Shown piece after piece: positions 26,128 to 38,869 of a stretch of DNA of 64,000 nt. The translations under genes were made by a program, and so were the position numbers. This stretch comes from Octopus bimaculoides. Taxonomy: Eukaryota. Within the stretch, counting starts at the first letter, position 1, and every line of letters starts with the position of its first letter. The stretch spans positions 145,324,165-145,388,164 of the forward strand of contig NC_068983.1 in the NCBI RefSeq assembly GCF_001194135.2. Reading direction: 5' to 3'. Under the pieces are notes generated by a model that was given only the letters and a program-made list of their open reading frames with translations, searched no databases and was not told the origin of the DNA.

Positions 26128-27293
26128 CTTATAAAAAATTTCAACTCATCCGTTTTGGAAAAGTGGATGTACTTAAGCAACCAAACTCTATTTCCTCTGA
26201 AGAACTTCTAACGATGTCATATCATATCGGAGCCATGTGCATAATTACCAACAATATTCAAAGCTGAAACGCCCACATCAACACTGACATTCCGTCGGTT
26301 ACGACGACGACAGTTCCAGTTGATCCGATCAACGGAACTGCCTGCTCGTGAAATTAATGTGACTGAGCTTTCCACAGAATCAAAAGTCATCATATTTCTA
26401 TTCTCTTACTTTGTTTCTGTCTCACTTTGAATACTGTTGTCCATTCAGTTATGACAACTGAAATACCAAAGAGATTAATTACAAAAATAAATACAAACAC
26501 TGACAGGCCTTGGTTACTGAGATCGTCTCAAAAAGTTCAAACTTTGTTCTCTCACAGCGTTACAAATGTAATGCTTACAGCGTTACATTTGTACAATGCT
26601 GAAAATATTCCATTAGCGTTGTTCAAACGATGTTGGTATCAAGTGTAAAAATCACCGAAGGCTAAGCCCTCAACAAAAATCGACAACTTTTTTTTTTTTA
26701 TCTCATCTGGCTCTGCTCAGTTTAAAACTATTCCGAAATAAATCCAAGAAAAATGTCTTTCATAAGGTACCTGGCCAAATTCCTGCAAGAAATACCAGAT
26801 AAACCACCAACCACACGTTTCGATTAACAGCTCCTCGCTATATGGTACCTTTAGCAATAGACCATTCTATCGCAAGCATTCGGGCCATGTCTCAGCGGCT
26901 TGAGAATACCTTCCCTCCATCTCACACCAGTTTCGGAAGCCTGGTAATGAGTTATAGCCACAGCGCTTTCCTCATGACTAAGAGATTAAAAGAAATAGAA
27001 GAACGTTCGCAGCTGAAAGTGAGTTTAACTTCTATACATATGCAAAACTGTTTCCTACGTGATGCTCTATTTGAATTGAAGAAATAAATTATCGAAATAG
27101 GAGCAGTACGGTATTGAACAAGAGATGTTCTTCTACCTCTGCCATCACTACTCTCTCACTGTGTTGAAAAAAAAATAATAAATAGTGGTGGGGGTACTTC
27201 ATTTGAATTGATATTTGAAACGATATTGAACTAGAGATGTTCTACTACCTCTGCTATCACTACCCTCTCTTTGTGTTGAAAAAAAAAAGATAA

Positions 27294-27532
27294 GGTACTA
27301 CTAAAGCAGCGCGGACCCGAACGCGCAGTCGCGCAGTCGCGCGTCCGCGCTAGCTAGTCTTGAGTGGTCGATCCTAACCCTATCCCTAACCCTAACCCTA
27401 ACCCTATCCCTAACCCGCGTGTGCAAATGAATACGTGTTTAGGGTTAGGGTTAGGGTTAGGATCGACTACTCACGACTAGCTAGCGCGGACGCGCGACTG
27501 CGCGTTCGGGTCCGCGCTGCTTTAGTAGTACC
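27294..27532. mobile_element. MITE family 2: 239-bp CpG-rich hairpin element with telomeric repeats and a 9-bp TSD
   Basis: Termini GGTACTACTAAAGCAGCGCGGACCCGAACGCGCAG and its exact reverse complement. TSD AAAAGATAA at 27285-27293 and 27533-27541. (CCCTAA)n in the left arm, (TTAGGG)n in the right arm. Confidence 0.92.
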
Positions 27533-27682
27533 AAAAGATAAATGGAGGTGGGGGTCATTTCTTTCTATGGTACACAATAAAATCTGTAAGAGGAGGTATG
27601 TGAATCACCTCGCTTCTCTTAATATGTAGCTGAGCTCTTTCCAACCCATAACTGCAAGAAGGTTTATCATCATTTCCGACTC

Positions 27683-30070
27683 AAAACTATCCAGAAGGCT
27701 AATTATCATTTCCGATTTCCCTAACGTAAACAGAAGAGAAGTAATTGACTACCATTAAATAGAGCATTGATAAAACGCTTTGAATCTTTTCCTGATTAAG
27801 GAATCAAGTTGTAAAAGGATAGAGCAGGCTTGAAGTATTTGGTGCTGTGAATATTAATGGAGGACACCGCTATTTCCTTGTCTTATTGTACTAGAAAGTC
27901 AATTGCGATAGGTAAGCATCCAACCAAGGCAGGTTTTTGTTGCTTATTCACTCCAATACTGCAGAAAGAAGAATTTAAAACTGAACTCGCTACCGTTGTT
28001 CAAGCTTAAATCAGCTCTGATTACTCTGACCAATAATGAATAGTGTTCGAGCTATGATTATCTATCATCTTATTCATTTATTTATTTATTTTTTATCTAC
28101 AGACATAGGGTATCTAGGTTTGTTTGTTGATGGCACTCCGTCGCTTACGACGTCGAGGATTCCAGTTGATCCGATCAACGGAACAGCCTGCTCGTGAAAT
28201 TAACGTGCAAGTGGCTGAACTCTCCACANNNNNNNNNNGAACAGCCTGCTCGTGAAATTAACGTGCAAGTGGCTGAACTCTCCACAGACACGTGTACCCT
28301 TAACGTAGCTCTCGGGGATATTCAGCGTGACACAGGTACAACAGAAACGGGAAGAAAGAGAGAGAAAGTTGTGGTGAAAGAGTACAGCAGGTTTGGGCAA
28401 CATCCTCGTGGAGCTTTAGGTCTTTTCGCTCAATAAACACTCACAACGCCCGGTCTGGGAATCGAAACTGTGATCCTAACCACTGGGCCATTGCGCCTCC
28501 ACGGTATCTAGGACATATCATTGAATATACCCTTCCTGAATATTTTTAACGATTGTAGGGTGTAATATGAAGGATATTTTGCTACTATTTTTAGAAAGTC
28601 GAGCGCCATGTAGCGACCATCCGGTGGTCTATATGATAATTTTTAGTGATGTAAAATCCGATGTTCTCAAACAAATTTCAAACTGTCATGCAGAGTAGCT
28701 TCTCTTTAACTTTTGTTATTGTTTGNNNNNNNNNNNNNNNNNNNNNNNNNNNNNNNNNNNNNNNNNNNNNNNNNNNNNNNNNNNNNNNNNNNNNNNNNNN
28801 NNNNNNNNNNNNNNNNNNNNNNNNNNNNNNNNNNNNNNNNNNNNNNNNNNNNNNNNNNNNNNNNNNNNNNNNNNNNNNNNNNNNACGAATGTGACATCGA
28901 AATCACGCGTAAACGTAGTTATGCCAATTTTTCTACGGATATTAACAAACACCAGATGACAAGCGAAAGATCGTCATTCACTTGAAAATAATAAAAAAAA
29001 ACATTAAAATATTGTCTGTTTAAAGAAAGCTAAAATATAAATACTTACCGTACAAAAAACTTAGATTTTTGAAACCACATTCAGTTAAAAATGTTTTTTA
29101 ATTATTAAAATATTGTCTACGTCAAAAAGTCGAGATTTTATTTCTTTTTCTCAGAAAAGTTCGATGTCTATGTGTGTGTATATGTCACAGATAGGGGGCG
29201 TGTGTTTGTGCTGATTGAGATCTCATGGCATTCATTATCTGTGTGTGTATTCTGTATGTGTGTATGTATGTTGACGTTACGGAAGCCATGTTTTTTTTTG
29301 TCAAGAAATAACAAAAAAATTGTGTTTAATCGTTTTAATTTATAAATAGAGGTCCAAATATCACAAAAATATGTACTGCCGAAGGTCAGTATGAAAATAA
29401 ATATGGAAAAAAAAAATTAAGATAAAATATACTATTTCTGAGATATTTCGGGTACACACAAACATCTCTAGAGTTTTAGTATTATGAAGATCGATTATGA
29501 AGGACAAGTAAAAGCTGGGCAGAGAACAAGGTGTTGCCTGTAAACGTTGGCCCACGAAAACCTTGACACAACAAGAATAAGCAGAAGAGCCATCAAAAAC
29601 AACGTAGAGACTTCTAAAAAAGCATCTAGATCAGTGTTTCTCAATCATTTTTTATCTATAGATCCGTTTGATTCCTATTTTACTTTACTGGTCCCTCATA
29701 GCCATTCGATGATTAAGAAATCTTATTACATTTTTATAGTTAAATATTATAAAGAATTCTTTTATTCTTTCTGATATTTATTTGTCATTTGATTGCGGCC
29801 ATGCTGGAGTACCACCTTGAAGGGTTTTAGTTGAATAAATCGACCCCGGGACTTATTTTCTAAGCCTAGTACTTATTCTATCGGTCTCTTTTGCCGAACT
29901 GCATGGTTACGGGGGCGTAAACACACTGACACCGGTTGTCAAGAGGTGGTGGGGTGGCAAACACAGACAGAGAGATACACCCACGTACGCACACACACAC
30001 ACATGTATACACACACATACACACACACATATATATGTATATACATACATGCATGTGTGTGTGGGTGTGA

Positions 30071-30130
<60 letters not shown>

Positions 30131-32524
30131 CATTTAGTTCTTCATTGCAGTCGAGGGTCACCAATTGTAGCGGTTGTTGTAAAGGTGTTGGTTGCCAGTA
30201 TTGCAAGACGGAAGAAGAACAGTGATTGAAGTTGTTAAGAAATGTTTATTTACCGTTACTTTGTATAATGCCATGCCTCGACGGGCAGATGTTTGTATCA
30301 TATGAAAACAATAGAGTTATCTTTTCTTGGATGTTGTTGCTGGTTGTGTTTGGTCAACTGCTGGCTGCCTAACTAGAAATTAGATAGAGTTAATGTCAAG
30401 TGGTGCCTAACATTTAAACAGCAGTGGTGTTCTGATAAGACACTGTATCATAGTTGACATTCTCACTGTAAGCCTTCTCTCAGTCGCCTCTGTGACAACT
30501 ACTTTTTGCCAAGTCACTTTTTCCTACGGTGTTTTAGCATTTATAATCATCCAAACTAGTTTGAAGGAGAGACATTTTGTTGAGAACAATGAATTTCGTT
30601 GGCGGTCTGTTATCTCTATTCTAGCTTTTGGTGGCCTAGAAGAGGTTAGAAGGGTCAAGTGGCAAAGACATTATTCTGCTTAGCGAAGGCATCTGGCGAA
30701 TGTAACTCCTCTCACTCACAGAAAAAAACTATTGTTTTACCATGAGAAAAGTGCTGTTGTATTGTTAAGTGAAATTTGGCTATTNNNNNNNNNNNNNNNN
30801 NNNNNNNNNNNNNNNNNNNNNNNNNNNNNNNNNNNNNNNNNNNNNNNNNNNNNNNNNNNNNNNNNNNNNNNNNNNNNNNNNNNNNNNNNNNNNNNNNNNN
30901 NNNNNNNNNNNNNNNNNNNNNNNNNNNNNNNNNNNNNNNNNNNNNNNNNNNNNNNNNNNNNNNNNNNNNNNNNNNNNNNNNNNNNNNNNNNNNNNNNNNN
31001 NNNNNNNNNNNNNNNNNNNNNNNNNNNNNNNNNNNNNNNNNNNNNNNNNNNNNNNNNNNNNNNNNNNNNNNNNNNNNNNNNNNNNNNNNNNNNNNNNNNN
31101 NNNNNNNNNNNNNNNNNNNNNNNNNNNNNNNNNNNNNNNNNNNNNGAAGCTAACTTCTTACTGCACAGCCACGCCTACACCTGTATTGTATATAAAAAAA
31201 ATTGTTAGAGTATTTTGTATATTGTGCCCCCCACCCCCACCCAAGATACGATACTGATGTGTCCAAATATTGCAGCTGCAGGTGAACGTTGAAAACGCTA
31301 GTGTATAGTATTAATTTTATTAATCTAAGCATGATAGATAAATATTGAATCTGGTGCGATTTGAACGACCATACAGCTTTCATGTTACTTTCTTTGTAGC
31401 CAGTTACACTGATTTCTTTACATAGACACAATAATAAACTTTTATCACAATAGCAATAGGAATACGCAACGTCTATGGGCTTTTGTTATGTACATACACT
31501 TCAATGTTTAAGAGTAACGAAGCAAATTCATGAATCGGTATATTGTTGAGGAAATTCGGTTCTAAGGGAGCTTACTCATGCATTTTAAAAAAATATTTTC
31601 TTTTTTTTTTTTAACAAGCAAAGTACATAGCAAGTTCTAAAATCTCTAAGATATGTAAATAGTAACAATACTGAAAAGTAATGTTTGTTGCTACTTCAGC
31701 ATGGCTGTTCCGTACGGAACTACGTTACAACCATTTTTTTTTAATCCCAGGAGGACATCTCCTCCAGCTGGTTAACGACACAACCTGTGAGATGTCCTCT
31801 TTGCTTGTTACAAAATCAGCGGCTGAATGTCGCTTATTTTTCTATATATTGCGAGCTAGGACGAACGACTGCCTTGTCTAACAGACAGGTGTCCAGTACT
31901 GACAAAGGGAAATACCCTGAAACCAGACTGGTATACTGATCCTGTCACCGCTAGATGGTAGGGGTTCGTTCCCTTGCTCGCAAAAGTGCTTGTTCCGTAC
32001 GGAACAGTTATGTTGAAGTGGCGAAAAACATTACTTTTCAGTCGTTAAAAATATTCAGGAAGGGTATATTCGATAATATGTCCTAGATAAAAAATAAATA
32101 AATAAATGAATAAGATGATAAATTATCATAGCTCGAACACTATTCGTTATTAGTCAGAGTAATCAGAGCTGATTTAGGCTTGAACAACTGTAGCTAGTTC
32201 AGTTTTAAATTCTTCTTTCTGCAGTATTGGAGTGAATAAGCAACAAACACCTGCCTTGGTTGGATGCTTACCTATCGCAATTGACTTTCTAGTACAATAA
32301 GACAACGAAATAGCGGTGTCCCCCACTAATATTCACAGCACCAAATACTTCAAGTCTGCTCTATCCTTTTACAACTTTTTCACTGACTTGTATTATGTAT
32401 GATTCCTTAATCAGGAAAAGATTCAAAGCGTTTTATCAATGCCTTATTTAATGGTAGTCAATTATTTCTCATCTGTTTACGGTTAGGGAAATCGGAATTG
32501 ATAATTAGCCTTCTAGATAGTTTT
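27683..32524. repeat. Inverted duplication: 27683-28555 (with SINE insert) versus 32039-32524
   Basis: ~480 bp of otherwise non-repetitive-looking sequence present twice in opposite orientation. Confidence 0.85.
28120..28500 (-). mobile_element. SINE family B copy with TSD GGTATCTAGG
   Basis: Colinear with 35232-35623. GGTATCTAGG lies on both sides. Contains a 10-N gap. Confidence 0.8.
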
Positions 32525-33580
32525 TCAGTATTGTTATTTACATTTACATCTCATATAGAGATTTTAGAACTAGCTGCTTTCCTTGTTGCCAAAATCAGCA
32601 GCTGAATGTCGTATGTTTGTTGAAGTGGCAACAAACATTACTTTCCTTCTTTTTTCTTTTACTGTTTCCGTACCATACTGCACACATCTGTACATCTTAG
32701 AGCGATTGCAGTTGCATAACAGAGACGGGGAAGTTTCAGTGGTGGAAGTGAGTGGGTTTCAGTCCGTCTCCATTTCCTGGCCATTTCCAATGATCTTTCT
32801 CACAGCTCAACAACATTGCCGACTCAGAGAGGCAGGGAAATAGTGACAAAGAGAGAAACAGACAGACAGAAACAGAGAGATGGGAGAGAGGAGAAAAGGA
32901 AGAGGAGGAGAGAGAAGTTGATAGAGAAGAGGGACGGAGAGAAGGGAAAAGCGGGAGGGTATAGAGGGAGAATGGAGAGGGAGAGAGAAGAGAGAGGAAG
33001 AGTAAGAGAGAAGGAATCAATCTCGTACTAGACTGGTTCTTTATTTATCGACTCTGGAACTCATGATACCAGCCTCGCCTTTATTATCTGCAGTAAGGAA
33101 ATGAACTCAGCTCTGCAATGCCAACGAAATAATCAATTCCACATTGCTGCCTTATTACGCTAGTTTACAACTTTGAGTTACCTATTCGGAGCTTGTATCA
33201 ACGAGAGGGCTTTGTGCGTCAGAAATAGCAGCCAAATATCCTTCATACTATTGTAGTCTTAGATGTATTATGTTAGCGGAACAAAGAACTGTGATCACGG
33301 GTGAAATTCTTTTGACCAAAAGCTTGCTTGATTTGGACCAACCTGGAGCTAGAACCCACAGTTGAGAATTCAGTGCAGTGACATTGCTCAGAGCTTGTGA
33401 CTAGATACGAAACCATGGACCCCAGTTTTGATGTCAGATACACTGCCGATTCATCTCTGATGGCACACTTGGGATAATTGATTTACAACATTTAATAACC
33501 GTTTTGTGTTTCATATCATTTATTCGTAAGCGTTCGGTAAACAAATAGTATTACAATACTATATATATATATATATATAT

Positions 33581-34155
33581 NNNNNNNNNNNNNNNNNNNN
33601 NNNNNNNNNNNNNNNNNNNNNNNNNNNNNNNNNNNNNNNNNNNNNNNNNNNNNNNNNNNNNNNNNNNNNNNNNNNNNNNNNNNNNNNNNNNNNNNNNNNN
33701 NNNNNNNNNNNNNNNNNNNNNNNNNNNNNNNNNNNNNNNNNNNNNNNNNNNNNNNNNNNNNNNNNNNNNNNNNNNNNNNNNNNNNNNNNNNNNNNNNNNN
33801 NNNNNNNNNNNNNNNNNNNNNNNNNNNNNNNNNNNNNNNNNNNNNNNNNNNNNNNNNNNNNNNNNNNNNNNNNNNNNNNNNNNNNNNNNNNNNNNNNNNN
33901 NNNNNNNNNNNNNNNNNNNNNNNNNNNNNNNNNNNNNNNNNNNNNNNNNNNNNNNNNNNNNNNNNNNNNNNNNNNNNNNNNNNNNNNNNNNNNNNNNNNN
34001 NNNNNNNNNNNNNNNNNNNNNNNNNNNNNNNNNNNNNNNNNNNNNNNNNNNNNNNNNNNNNNNNNNNNNNNNNNNNNNNNNNNNNNNNNNNNNNNNNNNN
34101 NNNNNNNNNNNNNNNNNNNNNNNNNNNNNNNNNNNNNNNNNNNNNNNNNNNNNNN

Positions 34156-34156
<1 letters not shown>
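33581..34156. other. Assembly gap (largest of ~10 N runs, most flanked by microsatellites)
   Basis: Other N runs at 9530-9650, 20074-20238, 24508-24517, ~28229-28238, 28726-28884, 30785-31145, 41351-41360, 58067-58455, 61359-61444. Confidence 0.98.
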
Positions 34157-34202
<46 letters not shown>

Positions 34203-35231
34203 CTACAAAGTCATAAATGACAGAGAAATAGTTTGATAAAATTTTAGTCTAATATCACGACAAATTGTTTCGTAACTTAAAGATATGTAAATAATTTATA
34301 TTATTATATTTAATAATAAATAAATTACTTACATGCCTGCATTAATGCAAAATGCAAAACTCCTTCAAAATAATATCGTTTTCCCTTGTATCGCACTATA
34401 TATTCCATATGTTTTGTAGAATACTACATTACGGAGCTTTTTTTTATGAGTACTACCGGTTTACTTGAATCCATATATTGTGACTTAAATTTATATACAC
34501 ATACAAACACACACATACACGCACACACATACACATGCACACATACACATGCACACATAAGCACACGCACACATAAGCTCACATACACGTATACATATAC
34601 ATATGTTCAAGCATTTGCGTCAAGATGTCATCATTCTGTATATTTGGGACTCTATTTTCCAATGTCTCTTTCCCTAATAAAAGATGTAATTTGAAGGAAT
34701 TGTAGTTACTATATCTAGCAGATGGAGCACACGTGCAGAGACTTTCTCTTGTTGAATCGAAGTAAACTTCGTCGTTGTTGAGTCATAGTCTAACAAAACT
34801 TTGATAAATGGTGTTCTAACAGGGACAATACTGTTATTTGCTTTTCAGGAATTACATTGTTCAATATAGCTTTTAAGATGGCTGTGAATGATTGGGAGAG
34901 ATTTAGCCGTTATTTTTAGCAGGGTCAAAAACCATGTATCAGTCTGTTTTACAGTTTCAACTTCATATCTTCATAATAGGTAGCTGAAATAACAGGCTAG
35001 TTAGTTCATCAATCATCTTTAAAGATAATATTAGTTTTATCTTAGTTGGGGGAGAGGGGATAGAAGAAAAGATTGCGGTTACATTTATAAATATCGGCAC
35101 GTTTGCTGCATTATTATTATATAGTCATATTTTTCACTGATGATGTCTTTCTCTCACTCAAGACTAGAGAAAAAGTCATGCTAAAGTAGTTTTCGATTGA
35201 TTAATTTTCTTCCATCAATCCTAGGCGCCAT

Positions 35232-35623
35232 TGTTGTTGTTGTTGTTGGCACTCCGTCGCTTACGACGTCGAGGGTTCCAGTTGATCCGATCAACGGAAC
35301 AGCCTGCTCGTGAAATTAACGTGCTAGTGGCTGAGCACTCCACAGACACGTGTACCCTTAACGTAGTTCTCGGGGATAGTCAGCGTGACACGGTGTGGCA
35401 AGGCTGACCCTTTGAATTACATGCACAACAGAAACAGGAAGTAAGAGTGAGAGAAAGTTGTGGTGGAAGAGTACAACAGGGTTCGCCACCATCCCGTACC
35501 GGAGCCTCTTGGAGCTTTAGGTGTTTTCGCTCAATAAACATTCACAACGCCCGGTCTGGGAATCGAAACCGCGATCCTATGACCGCGAGTCCGCTGCCCT
35601 AACCACTGGGCCATTGCGCCTCC
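35232..35623 (-). mobile_element. tRNA-derived SINE family B, full length
   Basis: Minus-strand head GGAGGCGCAATGGCCCAGTGGTTAGG...GGTTTCGATTCCC (A and B boxes), (CAA)n tail, flanking CCTA(G/T)GCGCCA duplication. Other copies at 25581-25962, 28120-28500, 48590-48748 (head) and 26290-26365 (tail). Confidence 0.85.
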
Positions 35624-35780
35624 CCTATGCGCCATACTCTAGCAGTAAAAGACAATAATCCCTGAGGGATGTTATTACAGTCATGCATTTCCTAAGAGCA
35701 TATATGACATAAGTTAGATGCAACATCTCCATCCGTCACCTCGTTTTAACCCCCTCCTCCCCCTCTGACCCATGGGTTTC

Positions 35781-35786
35781 TTTATT
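35781..35786 (-). terminator. Polyadenylation signal AATAAA of the Cys-rich peptide gene
   Basis: TTTATT on the plus strand, ~105 nt 3' of the stop codon. Confidence 0.55.
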
Positions 35787-35889
35787 TGAAATAATCCGTT
35801 TTTAATTTTCGACCTGAAAATAACTTTCCTTCTTCCTCCCTCCTGTATCATTCATTATCTGACAATGAAATAAATAATGTTGTTTTAAC

Positions 35890-36084
35890 TCACAAAAACG
35901 TCTCGGCTGAACAGGCAGTTTTAAAACAACTCTTGAAGCTGGTGCAACACTCATCCTTAGAGTTTGTTTTGCGACATTCATGGAACTGACTTTCACATGG
36001 AGTATAACATTGTGCGGCAGGGTTGGTAACTGCAGATGCTGCAACCACTAGTCCCAAAAGAAAAGCAACGAACATAGTTTTAAC
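35890..36084 (-). CDS. Small secreted Cys-rich peptide, exon 2: VKTMFVAFLLGLVVAASA-VTNPAAQCYTPCESQFHECRKTNSKDECCTSFKSCFKTACSAETFL*
   Basis: Strong acceptor (poly-T tract then CAG|GTT). Hydrophobic signal core ending in ASA, 7 Cys in 33 residues, TGA stop, and AATAAA ~105 nt downstream. Confidence 0.85.
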   Translation of the reverse strand, partial: VKTMFVAFLLGLVVAASAVTNPAAQCYTPCESQFHECRKTNSKDECCTSFKSCFKTACSAETFL

Positions 36085-36410
36085 CTGAAAAAAAAAAAAA
36101 AACACATTAAAAAATATAGATGTAGGTTCCACTTCGTGGTTAAGAAACTCGCATTGCAACAACTCGTTTTCGGGTTCAATCCCATTGTGAGTTACCTTGA
36201 GCAAGTGTCTTCTACTACAGCACCAGATTGACTGATTGATTGATTGAGTGAGTGAGTGAGTGAGTAATTGATACAAATATGGAGGCTTATAATCAATTCG
36301 ATGATTGTTGCAAGTCTTCAGTTGTGACAAGTTCGGTGAGTGCGGAATTATTCAATAAATACAGTCTTCTCTTTTGTCGTCACACGTAGTTTATCAATAT
36401 ATACAAACAA

Positions 36411-36447
<37 letters not shown>

Positions 36448-36890
36448 TATGTATGCATGTATGTGTATATCTGCATGTATATGTGTGTGTTTTTTGCGCT
36501 TGTCTATGGCCCACACCGCTTGAAAACCGGTGTTGGCTTTTTTACGTCTTCATAACTTCGCATTTCGGTCAGAAAGAGCCTTTTAAAAAAATAAGTACTG
36601 AGGTCGATTTGTTCCACTAAATCTTTCAAAGCGATGCTCCAGCATGACCGCTGTCCAATGATTGAAGTAAATAAAAAGATAGAAGATAAAATTACCAGTA
36701 TAATTTTACTTGACTCAAAATTATTTTTCAGAGCATTTTACAACGTGATGGATGGAGCACGTCCAGTCATTACATTTTTACTAAGAGTTTAGGTCGTTTG
36801 CCAGCAATCTGATATGACATCGAAGTAAGCTGGTGACATCGGAACTGAATCATGCGCGTGCGTCAGTCTAATCAGAACTTTTTTTTTAAA

Positions 36891-37337
<447 letters not shown>

Positions 37338-37869
37338 TAGCCGTCAGCTAGAAGCGAATATGTCTTGGTAATGTGTAGCATGCTTTCGCTAATCCTTTTA
37401 GGTGCTTATCTTGCTCGAGAACACAACGCGTCGCTCGACCCACGAATTAAACCCACAACTATATGACAATGATGCCAATACCCTTAACTGCTAGGCTATG
37501 TTCCTTCACTATTACAATAAGTACTATAAATGAACTTTTGTTATGAGTTCTTCTTTGCTACATTACGTATAGTTTTACTTATTTTTCATGCGGATGGAGG
37601 TCTTGGGTAATTTATATCAGCCATTATAATTTTAGACACCAATTGGAGTATTTTGTTGTACGTCAATATAGTGAATCTATGGCAAGTACAGAAAAGGTTG
37701 TTTACATAGAAGGTGTAATAAGGCTGAAACTTATCCAAATTTGTCCCACATACTTGTCAAAATTATATTAAAAATAATGTGAGCTGTTGAACTGATGTTT
37801 TCTTCTCCACACCACAAAGGCATCGATTGATTAAGTACTTATTTAGATTGTCTTTATTATACTTCCTAC

Positions 37870-38425
37870 GGATCTTTTTTAAAACGGGGGGCCACATTTT
37901 TCATTAACGAAACACTTTGAAACTTGGAACACTGGTAGAATGTGTCATATAAAACATCTTTTTCTTTTAGTCTTCTTAAAAAAAAAAAGAAATCCATAAG
38001 TTATTCCATGTTAAAGTTGTCGTATTTCTGTAATTTCAACCAATCACTGACGTCCATTCAGCCGATATACATTAAGTGCCGACTACATAAACAAACGATT
38101 CTGAAACAATTAACCCTAATCCTAACCCTAGGGTTAGGGTTAGGGTTAGGGTTAAAGCAAATAAAACGAAGGTATGGAGATTAAATACGCTTTACACCGC
38201 TTAATCAGCCAAAGGAGTAAATATAAACAACTAAATACTTGTCAGTGATTGGTTGAAATTATCGAAATAAGACAATTTTTTACATGAAATAAATTCGAAT
38301 ACAAAAATATTTTTCTGTTCTATAACACAAAATAGATAAGTATACGAAGTTTGAAAGTCTTTCCGTACCAAAAACACTACGTAAAACATTAATGAAAAAT
38401 GTGGCCCCCGTTTTAAAATAGATCC
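37870..38425 (+). mobile_element. MITE family 1 (GGATC termini, 8-bp TSD, internal telomeric palindrome), copy 1
   Basis: TIR GGATCTTTTTTAAAACGGGGG(G)CCACATTTTTCATTAA / TTAATGAAAAATGTGGCCCCCGTTTTAAAATAGATCC. Flanks CTTCCTAC and CTTTCTAC (7/8 match). Confidence 0.9.
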
Positions 38426-38869
38426 CTTTCTACATTATGTATAACACTAATTTAACCGAAAATTTGATATTTCTCACTATGGCTGTCATTTCTTGACATC
38501 ACTATGGCAGAGAGACTGCGCTGCATTTGTTGAAGTTACTTATGAGTCATTGTATCAATGTTCAGATCTGTCTGTTCGACAACCTGGAGTTGTCTGTGCA
38601 AACGTCCAGAACCTTTTGCGTGACAAGAGTGGCGGGGTATGAGTCAGTCAGCCGTCTTCAACACTCTATGACGAGTTAAAGCGTTAAGATAGTTTTTATA
38701 GGAGACAAGAGGTCAAATTTTAGAACGTTCGAGAAAACCATATCACGTCACAGCTTCACGCCGATTGGCGATTTATAGACCGATCACGTGAAACTATGAT
38801 GGTTCACTCATGTTGAATATCAAACGGTTAGGTTTCGAATCTCCGCTAAACGCTATTTGAAGAAGACTG

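Noticed and set aside
28180-28285. Tandem duplication of GAACAGCCTGCTCGTGAAATTAACGTGCAAGTGGCTGAACTCTCCACA
   Set aside because: The two identical copies sit on either side of a 10-N gap, so this is most likely a contig-overlap artefact.
29495-29593. Minus-strand 32-aa ORF MALLLILVVSRFSWANVYRQHLVLCPAFTCPS resembling signal peptide plus short peptide
   Set aside because: The T-rich strand gives hydrophobic runs in more than one frame. There is no clear promoter or nearby polyA signal, and the upstream side abuts a repeat. Not supportable without expression data.
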